A DNA stretch of 64,000 nt from NCBI GenBank assembly GCA_964016885.1, contig OZ024748.1, forward strand, positions 310,001 through 374,000, written 5' to 3'. This stretch comes from Eledone cirrhosa (Eukaryota). The notes below the pieces were generated by a model. The model ran no database searches and was not told the origin of the DNA. It worked only from the letters and a program-made list of their open reading frames with translations. Positions within the stretch are counted from its first letter, which is position 1. Each line of letters opens with the position of its first letter. A program made the translations under genes and the position numbers. This document shows, piece after piece, positions 23,401-37,007 of this stretch.

Positions 23401-24589
23401 AGTACTATATACTTAAGAAAAGTAGAGAGTAAATATTATTAAGAATCTCTACTATAGAACAGAGAATCTTTATAATATTATATATATTATTTATATTAAG
23501 GGTTTGGTAGTTGCAATACAAAAACTTATACACTCAAGTCTGGTGGTATATTGTTGGAATATATTTTATTGACAACACAATAAGAAAAAAAAAATGCTGG
23601 TAAATTTTTACCACAATATGACTTGAATATTTAGTAAAACTCTTATTTTAGCATTTTATTGTTACAGTTGTACCTTGATGTATAAGACAATCCAGCCTGA
23701 ATTGAAATGAAACTTTCCTCTCACACATATGCAGGTTTAATTTGGCCTCTTATGAGGTTTTTATCTCATAGGAGATTTGTCGTGTATTTTTTACGACAGG
23801 GATGTTACAACTCACACATATGCAGGTTTAGCTTTGTTTTTATGGGTTGTATCTTGTAAGAAGTTTCTCAGGTATTTTTTATGATAGGATCCCCACTCCT
23901 AAAAGTCATGAAATGAAATGTGAAATGAAGTGTCTTGTTCAAGAACACAACACACTGCCAGATCCAGGAATGAAATGTACAACCTTATGATTGTGAGTCC
24001 AACACCCTAACCACAAGGCCATCCACCTTTACATGAATTCTTTCAATGATGTGAAGACTTTTGTGTTGCTGCCATGATTATCATCATCACCATCTCTATC
24101 ACTATCATCATTGTCATCATCACCACCACTCTCACCATCATCAAATGTTGTGTTATTTTGACATAGGGTTTGATGGATCTACTGTCATCACAATTTTTTT
24201 TAAATTTTAATTTTATATATTATATTTTATGATCAATAATATTGTTGGTTATAGATGTGCAGTGGTCTGACTACTGACCACTGCATTTCTGATAGAGAGA
24301 CTAACCAGGGAAGGTTTGTGTAACTTGGGCACAATGTATTTATATCCAGGCATACAAGATCATTGAGTTTTCCTCTCAATATTTACATCTTTCTCAGATG
24401 AACATCAACCAAAAGATGTAAATATACACATGATGACAGGCTTCAGGCAGTTTCTGTCTACTAAATTTCACTCAAAAGGCATTCGTTTCATTGATTTTTT
24501 TTCTTGTCAATATTTACATCTTTCACAAATGTATGTTTGTGGAAGATGTAATATTATATATAACAGGCTTCAGGCAGAGTTTCTGGCCT

Positions 24590-25170
24590 GTTACATAGTG
24601 CTGTATCATATAATAGCACATTACATACTGACCTCGTCACACAATGTTCTGCATAACACAGTACACAACTGCTTACACATTGCTGTGTTACATATGTTAC
24701 ATAACACATTGTATTCTGACATGTTACATAATTGTTACACATTACAGGTTATGCATTGCTGTGTTACATCATGTTATGTAACACATTACATACTGACGTG
24801 TTACACATTAGTGTTACATTATATCATGTTACATAACATGTAACACAGCAATGTGTAACAACCTATGTTACAAAACATTAAATACTGACATGTTACGTGT
24901 TATATGATGTTACATACCAGGCTGTTAGTGTTGTTACACCATGTTACATAACAGCATAATATAAGATGAGCTGTTACACAACCACACATACCATACCATG
25001 TTACATAACTTGTTACACAATGTCACATTTCATGATGGCATGTTACACAACTTGTAACACAGCACCATGTTATACAATGTCACATTTCATGATGGCCTGT
25101 TACATAGTGTGTTACACACCATCATGTTATATAATAACATTGTAGGATGTGTTACACAGTAACATTCTAC
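24590..25170. repeat. Degenerate TGTTACA-rich tandem repeat
   Basis: Recurring TGTTACAC/TGTTACAT words. Confidence 0.7.
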
Positions 25171-25624
25171 ACAATAAAGTCAGATTTACTCAATGTATCG
25201 TGGACATACTAAATATTACCATGACCACTGCAAGTTATACGTATATAAAAACCAACAATAAACTTTGTATGTAATCACTTAAATTGGTGAAAATACCAAT
25301 TAAAATCTTCAATAATTTCTCTACAATTTTCATTATGGTGCAAATACTTTTCGTTTTTCCTATCACAATTTGAAACGTGGAAGTTCACATGAGAGGGGTT
25401 AGTTGTAAGTAAAGTTTATTGAGAGGGAATGACAATAGAAAACTACTATGTATAAATATATAGACAGACCAATATATATATATATATATCATCATTGTTT
25501 ACCGTCCATTTTCCATACTAGCATGGGTATGACTATATATATATATATATATATAATAGTAGAACACTGGTGGGTTACATATGTAGTAGTAGAGCACTGT
25601 CCATGGGACGAGTTTGGTTGAAGT

Positions 25625-25682
25625 AGTTCCACAACAGTTAGTTCCCCCTTATTTATCGGTAATGGTGAACTAACTGTTGTGG

Positions 25683-25686
<4 letters not shown>
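25625..25686. repeat. Hairpin with 20-bp arms beside (TA)n
   Basis: AGTTCCACAACAGTTAGTTC ... GAACTAACTGTTGTGGAACT, with a third arm copy at about 25723-25740. Confidence 0.75.
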
Positions 25687-25726
<40 letters not shown>

Positions 25727-26694
25727 CCACAACAGTTAGTATATATATATATATATATATAAGGTAGGAGTTCACATATGTAAGATAGTGAATAAAAAAA
25801 AAAAAAACGAAACAAAACAAAAAAATATACCATTAATGGAGTAGGCAGTGTTTAAAATCTAAAAACTACTGCAAGCAAGGAAGATAACTCTAGCAATATC
25901 AGACAAAAGGAGGTTGTTTTTTTTTAACACAGTCAACAAATAAATAGATGGTTTTATTGACACATTAAACATGAACATTTAAAACAGTTTAATGGGACAT
26001 TCTGGCGCCGATATCAATAATAATCTAGCAATAATCATAATGAAAATGTATATTAAAAAAAGTATGATTCAATAAAACAAAAAGCAAGTTTTTACTTGAT
26101 CATTCAATCTGCTAAAAATACCAGTCAAAACTCCTTAAAATTACATCCTATATTCCCTCTCCCCCACCACCAAAAAGACACATTAGATAATGTTGTCGGA
26201 TATATTATACTATATCTGAATAATAGTGAGAATATTCATGGCTGGATCGTCATGGTCAGGGCTGACCTGGGGCTAAACAACTATAACTACTACAACAACC
26301 ACAGTAACAACTACAGCATCAACATCACAAGCTAACGAAGGAGCCTCAAAGTGGTCACTGAACCTGCTAGATGTAGCAGTCAAATCACTCCCCACATGTT
26401 AGCTAAAGTAGTCCTGGACTTCTTACACATAGGAAAAAATATGGGTAGGTCATGGCTGAATGCCTTTGATTATAGATCCACTGAACTGATGGCAGACCTG
26501 GGGTTAAACAACAAGAACAACATCAGCGATACTATCACTAACGCCGACAGAGCCTTTACATGGCTATTTGAGCTGCAAGAAAGAGCAGCTATAATCTCCC
26601 TACAGTCTTAAAACTAAAATAAATATTAGACAGAGTACTGGGCAAGGAATTAGAGTCTACCAATTTTAGTAGACTCCACTAAATTAACCCAAAG

Positions 26695-26950
26695 GGCCAG
26701 ATGATGGTGTAGAACAGAGTGGACCCACTGTAAACACCCAAGGACCAGGTGAATGATGGTGGTAGACACCACTATAGACACCCAGAGGCCAGGTAAATGG
26801 TGGTACCCTCCACTATACACACCCAGGGGCTAGGTAAATGATGGTACCCTCCACTATACACACCCAGGGGCTAGGTGAATGATAGTGATACCCTCCACTA
26901 TACACACCCAGGGGCTAGGTGAATGGGTGTTAAACAGAATGGACCCACTA
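26695..26950. repeat. Minisatellite with a unit of about 41 bp
   Basis: CCACTATACACACCCAGGGGCTAGGTRAATGATGGTACCCT units, about 6 copies. Confidence 0.8.
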
Positions 26951-27859
26951 TGGCTATTGTTCGACTAGACAACAAATGAAGTCTACCACCCCCAACAACG
27001 GGGACTCTGCCCTTTCAATAGGGATTCCACATAGTTTCATTCCACCAAATTGAACTGACAATGCTTGGGTTGACCTGAGGTTATGGTAGAAGACACTTTC
27101 CCCTAATGCTGCAAGATGGGATTGTACCTAAAGAAGATATGTAGTTGAAAAGGGATCTTTATAACTACACACCCCCTAGGATAGCTGCCATATTGTAGGA
27201 TTATAAATTCTTCCTCCATCTTCTTCTAATTAAATTGTATTTTTTTGTTTGTTCTATTTTTTCTTCTATGCCTGGAATGGAATGGCATGGTATAACATTT
27301 TCATGTGTTATCTAACAGTAAAGGAGGGACATTCCCATAGATCCAGAGTAATGAACAGATCGGTATTGGTAAAATTAAGGACCAGGGATTTCAGAAGACG
27401 TACATTTTACATAATGAGGGCTTTAGGGGCAAAAAAATGGGTTGGGAGTAGGGCGTGAAATAGAGGGGAGGGTTAAACGGCAGCATGTTGATTGGGAAGT
27501 TAAGTGAAGGAAAGAAGGTGAGGTGAGGTGAGGTGAGGTGAGACGAGACAAGGTGGGTGGGGGTTTACTGTTTGCACTTGCCTAACAGAAGAGTGGAGTT
27601 AGGGGGTGAAGGGGTCATGTCACCACTGTTCCTCCCCCATTTTGGGGGTACTCTGCCATCTTGCCATCTAAGTTTGACAAAAGGGCCACATATAAACTGA
27701 AAGGTCTCAGTCCACTTGGCTGTAAGTAGGCACCACAGTGACATGACTGAACTAGGTACGGTTTCATCAGTGTAGACTGCAGAAGCACCAGAGAACTGAA
27801 GGAAGGGGGGATAAGAGAGAGAGAGAGAGATGCACATAGACAAATAGATAGATAGATAT

Positions 27860-27896
<37 letters not shown>

Positions 27897-27994
27897 TAGA
27901 TAGATATATAAACAGATAGATATATAGACAGACAGATAGATGGTTAGAGAGACAGAGAGAAAGACAGACAAACAGATACGCAATTAGATATCTA

Positions 27995-28500
27995 GACTAG
28001 CAGAAAACCACCCGGGGGCGGTTTTCTGCTAGTCTATATATCTAAAACAGAGAATGTCTGTCTGTCTGTCAGCTCACTAAAACTTGAGAACCATCCAACC
28101 GATTGTTTTCAAACTTTAGACATGTAATACTTATGGTCCTGTGAGTGTTTGGAGCAAAAATTATTTCAAATTTTCAATGCCCTAGGGACCGCATTAGGCG
28201 ATTTAGCGTTCTCTCTATATAATTCTTAGTCTTTCTTTTTAGATAGATACATAGATATAACGTTGCGCCCTTATAATATCTGTCTGTATGTCTGGCTGTC
28301 TGCATTACGTCATTATGATGCGCTCAGCGCGATTCCCTCGGCCTCAGTGACCAAAGTCAGTGGAGAGGGGAAGGTAATGTTTCTGTAGCACGTGTTTTAG
28401 CGTCTATTCACTCTCTCTCTCTCCCTCTCGCTATCCCCCTCTCGTAGTCTGTCTCTTTCTTTCACTCTCACTCTCTCTCTACGCACGTGTTTCCACTGTC
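27995..28500 (+). mobile_element. Non-autonomous Helitron-like element
   Basis: Hairpin ending CTAG-T at 27996-28033, then TCTATATATCTAAAACAGAGAATG(TCTG)n, resembling the 5' end of microsatellite-bearing Helitrons; the 3' limit is uncertain. Confidence 0.55.
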
Positions 28501-29930
28501 GGACAGACAGACAGAGAAATTGCTGGTTATATATATAAGTAGATAGACGAATACCCAGACAGATAGATAGAAGGATGACAAAAAGATAAATATATATATA
28601 AACAAAGAAAACAACTGGTAGCTAACTAACAAGCTAGCTAACCAGGTAAATAGATATATATGGATAAACCAATTCTTACAGAGCACCACAACTGTTTATA
28701 TTGAGAAAAAAGGCTGAACAGTAGGGTAGGGTTACAGGTAAGCAGTGATGCACAACATAGTTCAGGTGAGACACCAGAGGTCCATAGGAAAGTTTGTTTA
28801 GTTTAGGTAAGCCACCTAATATCTGTGTAGTTCTGGTGAGGTGTATGTTATGTCTTACTGTTTAAAGCATAATGGTTTCTGATTTAGGCACAAGTCCAAC
28901 AATTTTTTTTGGGGGGGGGGGGGGGGGGGGTAAAGTAGATTAAATCACCTCCAGTGCACTACTAGTACTTTATTTTTATTGACCCCGTAAGAATGAAAGG
29001 CAAAGCTAACCTCAGCGGAATTTAAACTCAGAATGTAAAAGGCCATAACTATATGCCACAAAGCGTGTTGTCTGACGCTCTAATGCACATGGAACATGTA
29101 ATTCCCTCGATAAAAAACAAAAATAAATAAAATGAAATAATTTTGATTTTAAAAAAAGCTGTGAAATTTTCTTCATGAATTTTGGTGGAGGACCTTCTAA
29201 AATAGGTTGTGCATCACTATAGTAAAGACACAAAGGATTATGGAGGGGCTCACTGTGTACTAAAGACCCACCAACAGGTAGGATTTCATTGATATAAGTC
29301 AAAGCATTGAAAAATAAGTGTACAACAGGGGCTTTGATGAAACAGTCAGCCATTAACCCTTTAGTATTTACATTATTTATTTTGAGAACATACCATACCA
29401 TAACATCAGTATCAGTGACTGGTTACAGCTGGTTTGAACAGAAAAAGGTGAGAGAATTCTGGCTGGATATGGCTGGTTTAAATCCTAAAGGGTTAGGCCA
29501 TGGACTGTCAGCAATAGAAACAGTGTGTCCCAAATTATGATTAACTCTTTAATAACACCCGGCAATGATTTAACTGAAAATGAAAATATCTAAAAGATGG
29601 CTTTGTTAATTCAAATGCTTATAGTATATTTACTAGTAAATATATCATTGTGAAAATTTGCAATATTAGAGTAAAGCCTTTAATTCTTGATATTGTGCAG
29701 ACAGTGCTGTTTTGTACTTTTGTACTTTTCAAAAATGTCTTATGTGGTACAGGTGATTAAAAGTTACGTAAAGCACAAACACACTGCTTCATAAAATAAA
29801 TATCAGTTGTATATATAAATGACAATACACACACATATATGTATATATACATGTATATATATACCTGTGTGGATATATATTCATGTATTAAACTATTTCA
29901 TCTCTTGAATGTATTTTTACTTCATTTATA

Positions 29931-29969
<39 letters not shown>

Positions 29970-30050
29970 AGAATTTCTTTTTATGATAAACTTTAATGAT
30001 ATAGATTTTTATATGCGTGTGTTTTTTATATTGGCAATCCAAAATTATAT

Positions 30051-30084
<34 letters not shown>

Positions 30085-30623
30085 CCTATGTGTGTATCTA
30101 GCTTGGAAGAGGTATTCTGTACTCCTGCACCTCCTAAGAGGCAACTAAAAAAGGCTGGTGCCAGGAAGAATATTTGGTCATAAAACTTTACCACAAAAAT
30201 GACTTCATGAGTAAGAGGTTTATCATGGCGCTGTAAGGCTAAACTCTGTTGTAGCAAGGAGAATGGCCTTGAACCAATTGTTACTGTCTTGTGTGTGTAT
30301 TGTGTATATGTATACATACATACATATATATTATATACATATAATTATAATTATGATATACATACATATATATATCTCCCAACATGAAGTAACCAATAGT
30401 ATCAGCACTGAATGGGACTCAAAAGACAAGAGAGCTGCTCTGTGGAAGACAAATAAGGAGAGGGGAGAGAGGGGAGGTAAGCCATGAAACAATTAACACG
30501 TAAAGTTTTAAATCGCTCAAAAATGATATAAAATAAAAAATAAGGAAGAAAAATATAAAAAAATATAATATATATTTTTTCCGTGTTTAAAATCGACAAG
30601 ATGTTATCATCATCATCATTATC

Positions 30624-30827
30624 TTAATTGTATTTATTGATAAATTTCTCATGGAATTCTTGTATTGCAATCATCATTTTCTTCAGTTCATTCAATTGAG
30701 GTAAAATCGTTGAACGAAAGTGGTATGTTCCTTCTCGTTGACCAAACCCACTGCCAGGCACGACACAAATACCAGTATCTTCCAATAGTTCAGAACAGTA
30801 GAGAAAGTCTGGACTTTTTCCACAAGC
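30624..30827 (-). CDS. GPT2: Alanine aminotransferase terminal coding exon
   Basis: ACGKSPDFLYCSELLEDTGICVVPGSGFGQREGTYHFRSTILP...KFINKYN*. The 11 exons total 1326 nt in frame. Confidence 0.95.
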   Translation of the reverse strand, partial: ACGKSPDFLYCSELLEDTGICVVPGSGFGQREGTYHFRSTILPQLNELKKMMIAIQEFHEKFINKYN

Positions 30828-31204
30828 CTTCAGAAAAAAAGAGAAAAAAAGGATAACATCAACTGTTGAAGCAGTAAAGAATGTCTGGGCTTTTACCTAT
30901 AGCAGTGGTTCTCAAACTTATTGGGCCACCCCGCCCTCCTCATGGCCACATAATACCGTCAGTGCCCCACCCCAACCCTATTTCCAGACAGAGCTGCCTA
31001 CACACAAATTGTAAATAATATATAATAAATAAAATCATTAATTTATATATAATAAATAATATGATATATACTATGTATAAATAAATATTATATATTTTAC
31101 TATGTTTATATAATTGTTTCTACTTTTGGCACAAGGCCAGCACTTACCCCAGTGCATTAATGGTACTTTATTTTATCGACCCCGTAAGGATGAAAAGCAA
31201 AGTA

Positions 31205-31330
31205 ACCCACTTGAGGAGAGAGTTCTGTGAGATGGGGTGGCTGTTGCAGTGGGTGTCTCTGGCCATTCTCCATGGTAATACTTTTGCCATTTCGTCCATT
31301 GGGCATGGCAAACGCACCGCTCAGACTGCT
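31205..31330 (+). mobile_element. Degenerate CRE-like (REL-endonuclease) retrotransposon 3' end
   Basis: WLLQWVSLAILHGNTFAI resembles the recalled QRLSLAxQRGNAxxI motif; a related remnant lies at about 7760-7830. Confidence 0.4.
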
Positions 31331-31433
31331 ATCTGTCCCTCCCTCTCTCCCTTTCTTTCGTTCGTTGCTTGATTCTTTTTTTCTCTTTTTATGATGATGA
31401 TGATGATGATGAATGATGTCTTATATAACTTAC

Positions 31434-31589
31434 TTTGGCAGTTTCAATGGCTTTGGGTGGCAAGAAGATGTGGGGAAACGCATACATTGCTCCCTGGAGG
31501 GTATTACACTTCATTCCTTCAATTGAATTAAATGTGGATGTTGTCAAAATAGCTTTTTCCTTCAACTGGTTCAGAACATTTGTTTTCTC
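31434..31589 (-). CDS. GPT2: Alanine aminotransferase exon
   Basis: EKTNVLNQLKEKA...CNTLQGAMYAFPHIFLPPKAIETAK; 156 bp. Confidence 0.95.
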
Positions 31590-31714
31590 CTGTAAATATA
31601 AATCAAGATAGAATAATAAATACATTTAGAAATAACTACACAACTACTAACTTCAATAACATTTAAACTGGTAGTAATTGACTTAATCTTTCAATGGCAA
31701 ATATAATCTTTTGA

Positions 31715-32245
31715 TGCTGGACTTAATCCTATGACAGTAGACTTAAACCAATGACGGTAGACTTAATCCTATGACAGTAGACTTAATCCTATGACAGTAG
31801 ACTTAATCCTACATTGGTAGACTAATCCTACAATGGTAGACTTAATCCTACCATGGTAGACTTAATCCTACCATGGTAGACTTAATCCTACAATGGTAGA
31901 CTTAATCCTACCATGGTAGACTTAATCCTACCATGGTAGACTTAATCCTACCATGGTAGACTTAATCCTATGATGGTAGACTTAATCCTACAATGGTAGA
32001 CTTAATGCTACAATGGTAGACTTAATCCTATGATGGTAGACTTAATCAATGGATGGAAACAATCAATACAAGGGTGATTGCATCCTTAGATGGTAGACTT
32101 AATCAACAGGTGGTAGGCATAATCCTTGGATGGGTGACTTAATCCTTGGATGGGAGATTTAAATCCTTGGGTGGGAGACTTAATCCTTGAGTGGGAGACT
32201 TAATCATTTGATGAGAGACATAATCCTTAGGTGATAGATTTAATA
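31715..32245. repeat. 20-bp minisatellite
   Basis: CTTAATCCTACMATGGTAGA units, homogeneous in the centre and decayed at both edges. Confidence 0.92.
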
Positions 32246-32696
32246 TTTTCAGAGATTTAGACCTACCATGCAAGGACCAAGTAGGAATATTAAACCTTGT
32301 GATGGTTTTACCTGATACTCAAGGAGCAGGTGGTGGTGTTAAACCCACCACCCAAGGACTAGGCATCTTTGACAACCTTCTTTGATCTCTTTATTGGCCT
32401 TATGTGAGAAATGAACATTATTGTAGAGGTATTTGGATTGGCAGTATTGGTAGAGGGTCAGACGCCATGCTTTGCAACAAAGATTTACGGCCCTTTATGG
32501 TCAGAGTTCAAATCCCGCCAAGGTTAACTTTGCCTTTCATCCTTACGGGGTCAATAAAATAAAGTACCAGTAATACAGAGATAATTGCTGGCCTTGTGCC
32601 AAAAGTAGAAAAAGTTACTGCAGAGGTATTCCTCCCTGCTATATATAAGAAAGAAGAAAGAGGAACCAAAATATATAGAAACACAACTAAAATTAC

Positions 32697-32762
32697 CTCC
32701 ATAAAATGAGAGTACGATGGCTCACTTGGCTTTGGTGGGTTGACTATCACGTCCATAAGGGC
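32697..32762 (-). CDS. GPT2: Alanine aminotransferase exon
   Basis: ALMDVIVNPPKPSEPSYSHFME; 66 bp. Confidence 0.93.
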
Positions 32763-33430
32763 CTACAAAAAACAAAAGAATCAATGAGAGATACTATAAT
32801 ATGTTGGGTGATATATTATATTTATATCTATTGAAGGGTTCAGAACTCTTGATGGAACCATTTGGATGCTGTCAGTTATCACATACGTGTCTCAGGTATT
32901 TAATCAATCCTGGTGACATTTATTTCACCCCGCCCCCACAGAATTGAACACAGTCAATTTCTGAGAGAAAAAATGGGAAATACATACATATAGAGAGAAA
33001 TACATATAGGATAAAGAAAGAAGTATAGATAGAGAGGCAGAGAAGGAAGGAGAAATATATATATACACATACAGAGAGGGGGGGAGAGGGGGAGAGGGAG
33101 AATAGATAGAGACAGAGTCAAACATACACAAGACCAACTAAAATACGTAAACATGCATATACTAGGTAGTTAATTAATATATATTAACATAGGTTAACAT
33201 GATTAAAAGGTAAAATGAGTTGAAGCAAATAACTCAACTGAGCTAATGCCGAGTATTTAAATAATTAACAAGTGATATACTGAATGTTGTAAACAAAAAA
33301 ACATTCTCAATTAATTAAAATTTCCATCTTAGTTGGTTGAAAATAGAAACAAAAGTCAAGTGGAAATTGTTAGCAATTCCCAAGGATTAAAAGGGAGATA
33401 ATTTCAAGAAATTAAGAATTAATCTCTTAA

Positions 33431-33620
33431 CCCTTTAGCATTTACATTACTCTATATTTACATTATATTTTCATGGTAAAGGCTTTATCTCATATAAATC
33501 GAATCTATGAGATGTTGATGTTATTTATTTTGAGAACAATACCGTAACATCAGTAACAGCAGTCGGTTACAGCTGGTTTGAACAGAGAGGTGAAAGAATT
33601 CTGGTTTAAATGCTAAAGGG
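33431..33620. mobile_element. piggyBac-type MITE (TTAA TSD, TIR CCCTTTAGCATTT)
   Basis: TTAA|CCCTTTAGCATTT...AAATGCTAAAGGG|TTAA. Family members at about 6910-7092, 29357-29492, 39000-39207, 47568-47789, 49478-49615 and 51754-51971. Confidence 0.8.
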
Positions 33621-34039
33621 TTAAAGCACATTTACATGCTTCAAGTAAATTCTGGGTTGTTGTTTGCAAGCATAGGCTAAATAGATTTACTGACTTAATC
33701 TGTGAGAATTATTTGTGACATTGTAAAATTTCCTAACGAAGCCCTTAACATAATTAAATGAGGTTCATTAAACCTACAATAACGTATCTACTGCAGCAAG
33801 CCTGAAAGAAGAAAATCAAAAACAAAAGAAAGCAACAACAAAAAAATAATAAAAATAATATAAATAAATAAATAACCTAAATTTCTGTTTGATCATCATC
33901 ATCATCACCGTTTTACGTCCGTTCTTCCATGCTAGCAAAGTATATATAGATTTTGTAACAGCATTGAGTGCTTCAAATGGCACGCCACCTGTAACTGTAG
34001 TTAAATACCTAACTGATACACACACACGTATCTCGGGGC

Positions 34040-34340
34040 CATGTCCACGAGTGATGGAAAGCAAGTGGCTGAATTAAGTGCAAGAATTGCAGGAGCGGGT
34101 GCAGTAATACCCCAGTTTCAGTATTCGGCAACCAGAAGAAGGGAGGTAGGTGTAAAAGCCAAACTCGCTATCTTCAATGTGGTATTTGTGCCGAAAGAAT
34201 ACAATTGCGAATACAATCGGCCAAAATAGGATTCCTCCAAAGGGTCTTTGGGGTAATGTTACTTGACAAAGTGTGTAGCTCGGAGATCAGAGATTTACTT
34301 CATATAGAGCCGCTACTTCTCCAGATTGAGAGATTACATT
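34040..34340 (+). mobile_element. Degenerate RTE (Expander/Rex3-like) fragment
   Basis: KAKLAIFNVVFVP, then in another frame GFLQRVFGVMLLDKVCSSEIRDLLHIEPLLLQIER. Confidence 0.6.
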
Positions 34341-34639
34341 ACTAAGATAGGAACTTAATGTAAGGTTTTTATATAAAATTATGTTGGAGGATTTTAATTT
34401 AAATAGTAAACCTTTAAAATGGATAGTTTTATTTCATAGAACCAGAGCCGGTTTTAGCTGTGTTGGTAAAGATAGGAACTTAATTTAAGGTTTCTATATA
34501 AAATTATGTTGGAAGATTTTAATTTAAATTGTAATCCTTTATTCGATATAAACCCCACTCTGTGTTGTTTTCTCCTCGTACTGTCCCCAATACTGTGGAC
34601 CCATGTGACTAATAAAACAGATCATTATTAGCATCGCTA

Positions 34640-35362
34640 AGGGCGGTGAATTGGCAGTATTGGTAGAGAGTCAGACATGCTTTCCAGTGTAGTTACGTCC
34701 CTTTACGATCTGAGTTCAAATCCCACCGAGGTTAACTTTGTCTTTCATCCTTACGGGGTCGATAAAATAAAGTACCAGTAATACACTGGGATAATTGCTG
34801 GCCTTGTGCCAAAAGTAGAAACAATTATTAGCATCGCTATTATTATTATTATTATTGTGGATTGGCAGAATCGGTAGAGCGTCGGACAACATGCTTTGTC
34901 GCATAGAGTTTCGGCCCTTTATGGTATAACCCAAATCGCACGAGGCTAGCTTTTCATTTCATCCTTACAGAGTCGATAAAATAAAGTACCAGTAATGCAC
35001 TGGGGTCAATTTAATCAACTTTCACCCTCCCCCAAAATTGCTTGCCTTGTGACTATCGCCGAGATTAACTTTGCCTTTCATCCTTATGGGATCGATAAAA
35101 TAAAGTACCAGTAATACACTGGGTAATTGCTAGCCTTGTCTCAAAAGTAGAAACAATTATTATTATTATCATTATGGATTGGCAGAATCGGTAGAGGGTC
35201 AGACGCCATGTTTTGCAGCAAAGAGTTACAGCCCTTTATGGTCTGAGTTCAAACCCCACTGAGGTTAACTTTGCCTTTCATCCTTACGGGGTCGATAAAA
35301 TAAAGTACCAGTAATGTCTGAGATAATTGCTGGCCTTGTGCCAAAAGTAGAAACAATTATTA
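34640..35362 (+). mobile_element. Head-to-tail array of tRNA-derived SINEs
   Basis: Units with A-box-like TGGCAGTATCGG, B box GAGTTCAAATCC and core TTGCCTTTCATCCTTACGGGGTCGATAAAATAAAGTACCAG; many dispersed copies across the window. Confidence 0.88.
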
Positions 35363-35412
35363 TGCGGTGGATCAATAATTATTACCACTACCCCTGCTCC
35401 TAACACTACAGC

Positions 35413-36866
35413 CACTATTACTACTACTCCTATAATTGCTACTATTATACTACTATTACTACTACTCCTATAATTGCTACTATTATACTACTATTACTAC
35501 TACTCCTATAATTGCTACTATTATACTACTATTACTACTACTCCTATAATTGCTACTATTATACTACTATTACTACTACTCCTATAATTGCTACTATTAT
35601 ACTACCATTACTACTACTCCTATAATTGCTACTATTATACTACTATTACTACTACTCCTATAATTGCTACTATTATACTACTATTACTACTACTCCTATA
35701 ATTGCTACTATTATACTACTATTACTACTACTCCTATAATTGCTACTACTATACTACTACTCCTATAATTGCTACTACTATACTACTATTACTACTACTC
35801 CTATAATTGCTACTATTATACTACTATTACTACTACTCCTATAATTGCTACTACTATACTACTATTACTACTACTCCTATAATTGCTACTATTATACTAC
35901 TATTACTACTACTCCTATAATTGCTACTATTATACTACTATTACTACTACTCCTATAATTGCTACTATTATACTACTATTACTACTACTCCTATAATTGC
36001 TACTATTATACTACTATTACTACTACTCCTATAATTGCTACTATTATACTACTATTACTACTACTCCTATAATTGCTACTATTATACTACTATTACTACT
36101 ACTCCTATAATTGCTACTATTATACTACTATTACTACTACTCCTATAATTGCTACTATTATACTACTATTACTACTACTCCTATAATTGCTACTACTATA
36201 CTACTATTACTACTACTCCTATAATTGCTACTATTATACTACTATTACTACTACTCCTATAATTGCTACTATTATACTACTATTACTACTACTCCTATAA
36301 TTGCTACTACTATACTACTATTACTACTACTCCTATAATTGCTACTATTATACTACTATTACTACTACTCCTATAATTGCTACTATTATACTACTATTAC
36401 TACTACTCCTATAATTGCTACTATTATACTACTATTACTACTACTCCTATAGTTGCTACTACTATTACTACTACTCCTATAATTGCTACTACTATACTAC
36501 TATTACTACTACTCCTATAATTGCTACTATTATACTACTATTACTACTACTCCTATAATTGCTACTATTATACTACTATTACTACTACTCCTATAATTGC
36601 TACTATTATACTACTATTACTACTACTCCTATAATTGCTACTACTATTACTACTACAATTGCTACTATTATACTACTATTACTACTACTCCTATAATTGC
36701 TACTACTATTACTACTACTCCTATAATTGCTACTATTATACTACTATTACTACTACTCCTATAATTGCTACTATTATACTACTATTACTACTACTCCTAT
36801 AATTGCTACTATTATACTACTATTAGTACTACTCCTATAATTGCTACTAATATACTACTATTACTA
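35413..36866. repeat. 38-bp minisatellite, about 38 copies
   Basis: CTCCTATAATTGCTACTATTATACTACTATTACTACTA, highly homogeneous. Confidence 0.97.
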
Positions 36867-36898
36867 ATTAAAATAAAGCAATAGATAATAATTCTCAC

Positions 36899-37007
36899 CT
36901 GTCCAGGAACAGAGGAACACAGTTTGGCTGATATTGATTTGTTAAGGTAAGGTATGACCTCGGGGTCAAGGTTTACAGCTTCAAAATATCCAGCACGAAA
37001 GCCACAT
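36899..37007 (-). CDS. GPT2: Alanine aminotransferase exon
   Basis: CGFRAGYFEAVNLDPEV...SAKLCSSVPGQ; 109 bp. Confidence 0.95.

Noticed and set aside
34640-34800. tRNA genes suggested by A/B boxes
   Set aside because: There is no cloverleaf, and the boxes are followed by the SINE core and tail
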